This document shows positions 49,602 through 54,647 of a stretch of DNA of 54,647 bases, in pieces. The stretch's first letter is position 1. Every line of letters begins with the position of its first letter. Source of the DNA: Bacillaceae bacterium (GTDB taxonomy: Bacteria; Bacillota; Bacilli; Bacillales; Bacillaceae_C); assembly GCA_036516555.1 (NCBI GenBank), contig DATBUB010000339.1:1-54647 (forward strand). The letters are read 5' to 3'. Under the pieces are notes generated by a model. It was not told the origin of the DNA. It was given only the letters and a program-made list of their open reading frames with translations, and made no database searches. The position numbers were made by a program, and so were the translations under genes.

Positions 49602-50528
49602 ATGGCACGGACAGCAAACAATATTGTCGAGCTGATCGGCAATACCCCTGTAGTGAAGTTAAACCGGATGGTCGGAGAAAACAGTGCGGAAGTTTATTTG
49701 AAATTGGAATACATGAACCCGGGAAGCAGTGTTAAAGACCGGATTGCACTGGCCATGATTGAAGCGGCTGAAAAGGATGGGAAGTTGAAAGAAGGAGATA
49801 CCATCATCGAGCCGACGAGCGGGAATACCGGTATCGGCCTTGCTATGGTGGCAGCCGTAAAAGGCTACCGCGCGATTCTTGTCATGCCGGAAACGATGAG
49901 CATGGAGCGCAGGAATCTTCTTCGTGCATATGGGGCCGAACTGGTTCTGACACCTGGGCCTGAGGGGATGAATGGAGCCATTAAAAAGGCAAATGAGCTT
50001 GCGAAAGAGCATGGATATTTCATGCCTCAGCAATTCGAGAACAGTGCCAATCCTGAAGTTCACCGTCTCACAACCGGTAAGGAAATTGTCGAGCAGATGG
50101 GTGACCAGCTGGACGGCTTCATCTCCGGAATCGGTACTGGCGGCACCATTACAGGAGCTGGAGAAGTCCTGAAAGAGAAATATCCGGATATTAAGATTTA
50201 TGCGGTGGAGCCGGATGACTCTCCGGTTTTGTCGGGCGGAAAGCCTGGTCCGCATAAAATCCAGGGAATCGGAGCAGGTTTTGTTCCTGAAATCCTGAAC
50301 ACCGATATTTATAATAACGTCATCAAGGTTACAACAGACCAGGCGTTTGAAACGGCCAGGCAAGCTGCAAAAGAAGAGGGCATTCTTGGAGGAATTTCCT
50401 CAGGAGCAGCCATCTTTGCTGCTCTTGAAGTCGCGAAGGAGCTTGGAAAAGGCAAAAAAGTTCTTGCGATCATTCCAAGTAACGGTGAGCGCTACCTGAG
50501 CACGCCGCTGTACCAGTTTGAAGATTGA
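49602..50528 (+). CDS. cysK: cysteine synthase A (O-acetylserine sulfhydrylase)
   Basis: [23 protein letters not shown]...[16 protein letters not shown]...[11 protein letters not shown]...[10 protein letters not shown] is near-identical to B. subtilis CysK. Confidence 0.97.
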   Translation: MARTANNIVELIGNTPVVKLNRMVGENSAEVYLKLEYMNPGSSVKDRIALAMIEAAEKDGKLKEGDTIIEPTSGNTGIGLAMVAAVKGYRAILVMPETMSMERRNLLRAYGAELVLTPGPEGMNGAIKKANELAKEHGYFMPQQFENSANPEVHRLTTGKEIVEQMGDQLDGFISGIGTGGTITGAGEVLKEKYPDIKIYAVEPDDSPVLSGGKPGPHKIQGIGAGFVPEILNTDIYNNVIKVTTDQAFETARQAAKEEGILGGISSGAAIFAALEVAKELGKGKKVLAIIPSNGERYLSTPLYQFED

Positions 50529-50545
50529 TGATAATCATGCCAACC

Positions 50546-50578
50546 GGCAAGTCCTATGGGGCTTGCCTTTTCTGTTTT
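50546..50578 (+). terminator. rho-independent terminator after cysK
   Basis: Stem ggcaagtcc / ggggcttgcc (imperfect), followed by TTTTCTGTTTT. Confidence 0.55.
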
Positions 50579-50641
50579 CTTTCACGGGAGAAAGCGGTAG
50601 ACTGAAGGTAATGAGCTATACAACGGAGGGATTATGGCAGC

Positions 50642-51478
50642 ATGGCGGATAATCAGATAAAATGCGGGCCTTATGTGCTTGATTTCATGAACAAGACACT
50701 GATCATGGGGATTTTGAATGCAACACCCGATTCTTTTTCCGATGGAGGCCGCTTCAACAGTGTAGAGTTTGCTGTACAGCATGCGCAGGAAATGGCCCGG
50801 GATGGTGCAGACATGATTGACATCGGCGGGGAGTCGACTAGACCGGGGCATGATCCGGTTCCGGCTGAAGAGGAAATGGCCCGTGTCACTCCTATCATTG
50901 AAGCGGTAGCTGCGGCTGTTTCCTTGCCGGTATCGATTGATACGTACAAGGCGGAAACGGCGAGCAGAGCCGTTCAGGCAGGCGCCCATATCATCAATGA
51001 TATATGGGGTGCAAAAAAAGACCCTGAAATTGCAGATGTTGCAGCCGAATATGATGTTCCCATCATCTTGATGCATAACCGGGAGGACCGGAACTACACT
51101 CATTTTGTCCGGGATGTCCTGAACGACATGTATGAAAGCATCCTCATCGCCAAAAAGGCGGGAGTCCGTGACGGCCAGATTATCCTCGACCCGGGCATCG
51201 GCTTCGCTAAGGATTTTGATGAGAACATGGAGATGATGAGAAACCTGGACAAGCTGGTGGGGCTGGGCTATCCGGTTTTGCTGGGCACCTCGCGCAAGCG
51301 CATGATCGGGACTGTGCTTGATCTCCCGGTTGAGGAGCGAATGGAGGGGACGGGTGCCACTGTATGCTACGGCATACAGCAAGGCTGCCATATCATGAGA
51401 GTCCATGATGTAAAGGAAATAAGCAGGATGGCGGCCATGATGGACGCCTTGGTTGGAAAGGGGCCTCTTCATGGATAA
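50642..51478 (+). CDS. folP: dihydropteroate synthase
   Basis: IMGILNATPDSFSDGG, DIGGESTRPG, ILDPGIGFAK are the Pterin-binding DHPS signatures. Confidence 0.95.
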   Translation: MADNQIKCGPYVLDFMNKTLIMGILNATPDSFSDGGRFNSVEFAVQHAQEMARDGADMIDIGGESTRPGHDPVPAEEEMARVTPIIEAVAAAVSLPVSIDTYKAETASRAVQAGAHIINDIWGAKKDPEIADVAAEYDVPIILMHNREDRNYTHFVRDVLNDMYESILIAKKAGVRDGQIILDPGIGFAKDFDENMEMMRNLDKLVGLGYPVLLGTSRKRMIGTVLDLPVEERMEGTGATVCYGIQQGCHIMRVHDVKEISRMAAMMDALVGKGPLHG

Positions 51479-51839
51479 AATCTATTTGAATGAAATGGAA
51501 TTTTACGGCTACCACGGAGCGCTGCCGGAAGAAACTCGCCTTGGACAGCGTTTCCGAGTGGATGTAGTGGCAGAGATGGACTTTCGGGAAGCGGGATTGA
51601 CCGATGATTTACATAAGACGGTCAGTTACGCGGATATTTACTCCCTCTGCCGGAAAATTGTCGAGGAAGAAACCTATCAGCTGATCGAAGCCGTCTCTGA
51701 GCGCATTGCGTCCGGTATTCTAAGTCATTTCCCAAAAATTGAAAGGGTGACGGTGAAAGTGATTAAACCGGACCCTCCCATACCGGGACATTACCGTTCT
51801 GTTGCCGTTGAGGTTACAAGGGGGCGGGCAGATGGCTAA
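51471..51839 (+). CDS. folB: dihydroneopterin aldolase
   Basis: MDKIYLNEMEFYGYHGALPEE..LGQRF is the FolB signature. The ATG overlaps the folP stop (ATGGATAA). Confidence 0.94.
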   Translation: MDKIYLNEMEFYGYHGALPEETRLGQRFRVDVVAEMDFREAGLTDDLHKTVSYADIYSLCRKIVEEETYQLIEAVSERIASGILSHFPKIERVTVKVIKPDPPIPGHYRSVAVEVTRGRADG

Positions 51840-52359
51840 TACTGCATACCTTTCCCTGGGAAGCAACATGGGCAATAGGATCGTCAACCTGAAGCGGGCA
51901 GTCGAAGAGCTTGGCCGCCGGCAAGGAATCAAAGTGGATGCTTTGTCTTCTGTTTATGAGACTGACCCGGTCGGCTATACGGACCAGGATGCCTTTTTGA
52001 ATATGGCCGTGAAAATTTCAACAAGCCTTCTTCCGGAGCAACTCCTTGGTGTTTGTTTAACCGTTGAGGCTGAACTTGGGAGAACAAGGGAAATTCGATG
52101 GGGTCCCAGAATAATAGACCTTGACATTTTATTGTATAATAACGAAAATATTGAGACGGAGGCCCTTCAGGTTCCGCATCCAAGAATGGCCGAGAGAGCC
52201 TTTGTCCTCGTGCCTTTGCTTGAATTGGACAGGAATCTTGAGCATCCGGCAACAAATGCCCCGTTGGTTGAAGTCCTGGACGAAATACCTGATAAAGAAG
52301 GAGTTCGGTTATGGAAACAGATAAATGGGGAAGACGCATCCGCGCTTTTCGAAAGTTAA
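51832..52359 (+). CDS. folK: 2-amino-4-hydroxy-6-hydroxymethyldihydropteridine diphosphokinase
   Basis: AYLSLGSNMG...WGPRIIDLDILLY...PHPRMAERAFVLVPL is the HPPK signature. The ATG overlaps the folB stop. Confidence 0.94.
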   Translation: MANTAYLSLGSNMGNRIVNLKRAVEELGRRQGIKVDALSSVYETDPVGYTDQDAFLNMAVKISTSLLPEQLLGVCLTVEAELGRTREIRWGPRIIDLDILLYNNENIETEALQVPHPRMAERAFVLVPLLELDRNLEHPATNAPLVEVLDEIPDKEGVRLWKQINGEDASALFES

Positions 52360-52526
52360 AAGGGTATACGCAAGAAGGCCTTGCGAAAGATATAGGAATG
52401 TCCGTTTCGATATTGGGCGAAATCGAGAGGGGAAACCGCGTGCCTTCCGAATTGGTGTTGGAGAAGGTATCCAGGTCCCTCGACATCCCGGTTGAAGAAC
52501 TAATTCCGCAAGACGAAAGAAAGTAA
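52311..52526 (+). CDS. yazB: XRE-family helix-turn-helix transcriptional regulator YazB
   Basis: WGRRIRAFRKLKGYTQEGLAKDIGMSVSILGEIERGNRVPS parallels B. subtilis YazB. 71 aa. It overlaps the folK 3' end. Confidence 0.9.
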   Translation: METDKWGRRIRAFRKLKGYTQEGLAKDIGMSVSILGEIERGNRVPSELVLEKVSRSLDIPVEELIPQDERK

Positions 52527-52547
52527 GAAAAGAGGAGGTTGAAGCAG

Positions 52548-53540
52548 GTGTTGAAAATTGGGGATATCACCATGAAGAATCCGGTCGTCCTCGCCCCGAT
52601 GGCTGGCGTTTGCAATTCCGCCTTCCGCCTGACGGTCAAAGAGTTTGGGGCCGGTCTAGTTTGTGCCGAAATGATCAGTGACAAGGGAATTGTCCACAAA
52701 AACGAGAAAACCATGAACATGCTTTATATAGATGAACGTGAAAAACCCCTTTCCCTCCAAATTTTTGGCGGTGAAAAGGAAACTCTCGTGGAAGCTGCAC
52801 GTTTTGTAGATCGCAACACAAATGCCGATATCATCGATATTAATATGGGCTGCCCGGTCAATAAAATCATCAAGTGCGAAGCAGGTGCAAGATGGCTGCT
52901 TGAGCCAAACAAAATTTATGATATGGTTTCTGCCGTGGTCGAAGCGGTGGAAAAACCCGTCACGGTCAAAATGCGCATCGGCTGGGATGAAGAGCACATC
53001 TTTGCCGTTGAAAACGCCCAAGCTGTTGAACGCGCAGGCGGAGCGGCTGTTTCCATGCATGGAAGGACCCGTGTTCAAATGTACGAAGGCCACGCCAACT
53101 GGGATATCATCCGCGAGGTGAAGCAGGCCATCAACATTCCGCTGATCGGAAACGGTGATGTGAAGACGCCTGAGGATGCCAAAAGAATGCTGGATGAAAC
53201 AGGAGTAGATGGTGTCATGATTGGACGCGCCGCACTCGGTAATCCATGGATGATTTACCAAACGGTTAAGTATTTGGAGACCGGGGAATTGACGGGAGAA
53301 CCGACTGTCAAAGAAAAGATGGATGTGTGCAAGCTGCACCTCGACAGGCTGATTGAGCTGAAAGGCGAGCATATCGCCGTTCGTGAAATGAGAAAGCATG
53401 CAGCCTGGTACATGAAAGGCATCCGCGGAGGCGGAAAAGCAAGAAATGCGATCAATGAGTGCAATACAAGAGCAGAGCTTGTTGCCTTGCTCGATTCCAT
53501 CGTGGAAGGCGCCGAAGTAAAGGAGAGGCAAGCAGTATAG
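52548..53540 (+). CDS. dusB: tRNA-dihydrouridine synthase B
   Basis: (V)LKIGDITMKNPVVLAPMAGVCNSAFRLTVKEFGAGLVCAEM... is near-identical to B. subtilis DusB. The GTG at 52548 is 9 nt from GGAGG. The ORF is open from 52539. Confidence 0.95.
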   Translation: MLKIGDITMKNPVVLAPMAGVCNSAFRLTVKEFGAGLVCAEMISDKGIVHKNEKTMNMLYIDEREKPLSLQIFGGEKETLVEAARFVDRNTNADIIDINMGCPVNKIIKCEAGARWLLEPNKIYDMVSAVVEAVEKPVTVKMRIGWDEEHIFAVENAQAVERAGGAAVSMHGRTRVQMYEGHANWDIIREVKQAINIPLIGNGDVKTPEDAKRMLDETGVDGVMIGRAALGNPWMIYQTVKYLETGELTGEPTVKEKMDVCKLHLDRLIELKGEHIAVREMRKHAAWYMKGIRGGGKARNAINECNTRAELVALLDSIVEGAEVKERQAV

Positions 53541-53552
53541 CCTTGTAAAGTG

Positions 53553-53589
53553 ACTGCCAGAAGCTGCTGGCAGTTTTCTTCTTTTTTTC
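53553..53589 (+). terminator. rho-independent terminator after dusB
   Basis: Perfect 8-bp stem actgccag / ctggcagt with loop aagctg, followed by TTTTCTTCTTTTTTT. Confidence 0.85.
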
Positions 53590-53684
53590 AAGCTGATGCG
53601 AAGGATGTCTGAATGCGTGTAATTGTGTACAATATGTAGGTACATATCCATTAATAAATGTAGGATAAAATGAGATCGGAGTGA

Positions 53685-54647
<963 letters not shown>

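Noticed and set aside
50582-51472. 296-aa minus-strand ORF.
   Set aside because: It is an antisense shadow of folP.
52656-53651. 331-aa minus-strand ORF.
   Set aside because: It is an antisense shadow of dusB, extending through the dusB terminator.

Overview
This window is an origin-proximal chromosome segment of a spore-forming Bacillaceae genome. By eye it is colinear with the Bacillus subtilis 168 region csfB ... tmk-holB-yabA ... abrB-metS ... ksgA-veg-sspF-ispE-purR-spoVG-glmU-prs-ctc-pth-mfd-spoVT ... divIC-yabR-tRNA(Met,Glu)-spoIIE-yabS-yabT-tilS-hprT-ftsH-coaX-hslO-cysK-folPBK-dusB-lysS. I call about 60 CDS and 2 tRNAs. All are on the + strand except abrB, a DUF3784 membrane protein and one small ORF. 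I also call a set of rho-independent terminators and several promoters or operators readable directly from the sequence: sigma-A (yabE, veg, abrB, tRNA, coaX), sigma-H (spoVG), sigma-B (ctc), forespore type (fin), the spoIIE promoter with a 21-nt spacer, Spo0A boxes, PurBox-like sites and CymR-like sites. lysS runs off the right edge, so it is missing from the ORF track, which shows only a spurious antisense ORF there. I recognised no transposase, integrase, CRISPR array or known defence system. The non-housekeeping content falls in a few places. (1) A yrrT-luxS-mccA-mccB operon (SAM recycling, methionine to cysteine) sits between rsmI and abrB and shares an operator-like motif with cysK. (2) A duplicated terminator hairpin flanks a ~126-nt extended hairpin between ctc and pth. 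(3) A ~170-nt structured leader lies upstream of rnmV-rsmA. (4) An accessory patch at ~37.1-39.2 kb is the most unusual part. It holds an AT-rich DUF3784 gene and a tRNA-Met with non-canonical T-arm positions. A 303-bp tandemly repeated, hairpin-rich spacer separates tRNA-Met from tRNA-Glu. Downstream lie a six-copy 20-21-bp iteron-like array and a small basic ORF. All homology statements come from visual recognition and memory of B. subtilis proteins and gene order. No searches or folding computations were run.
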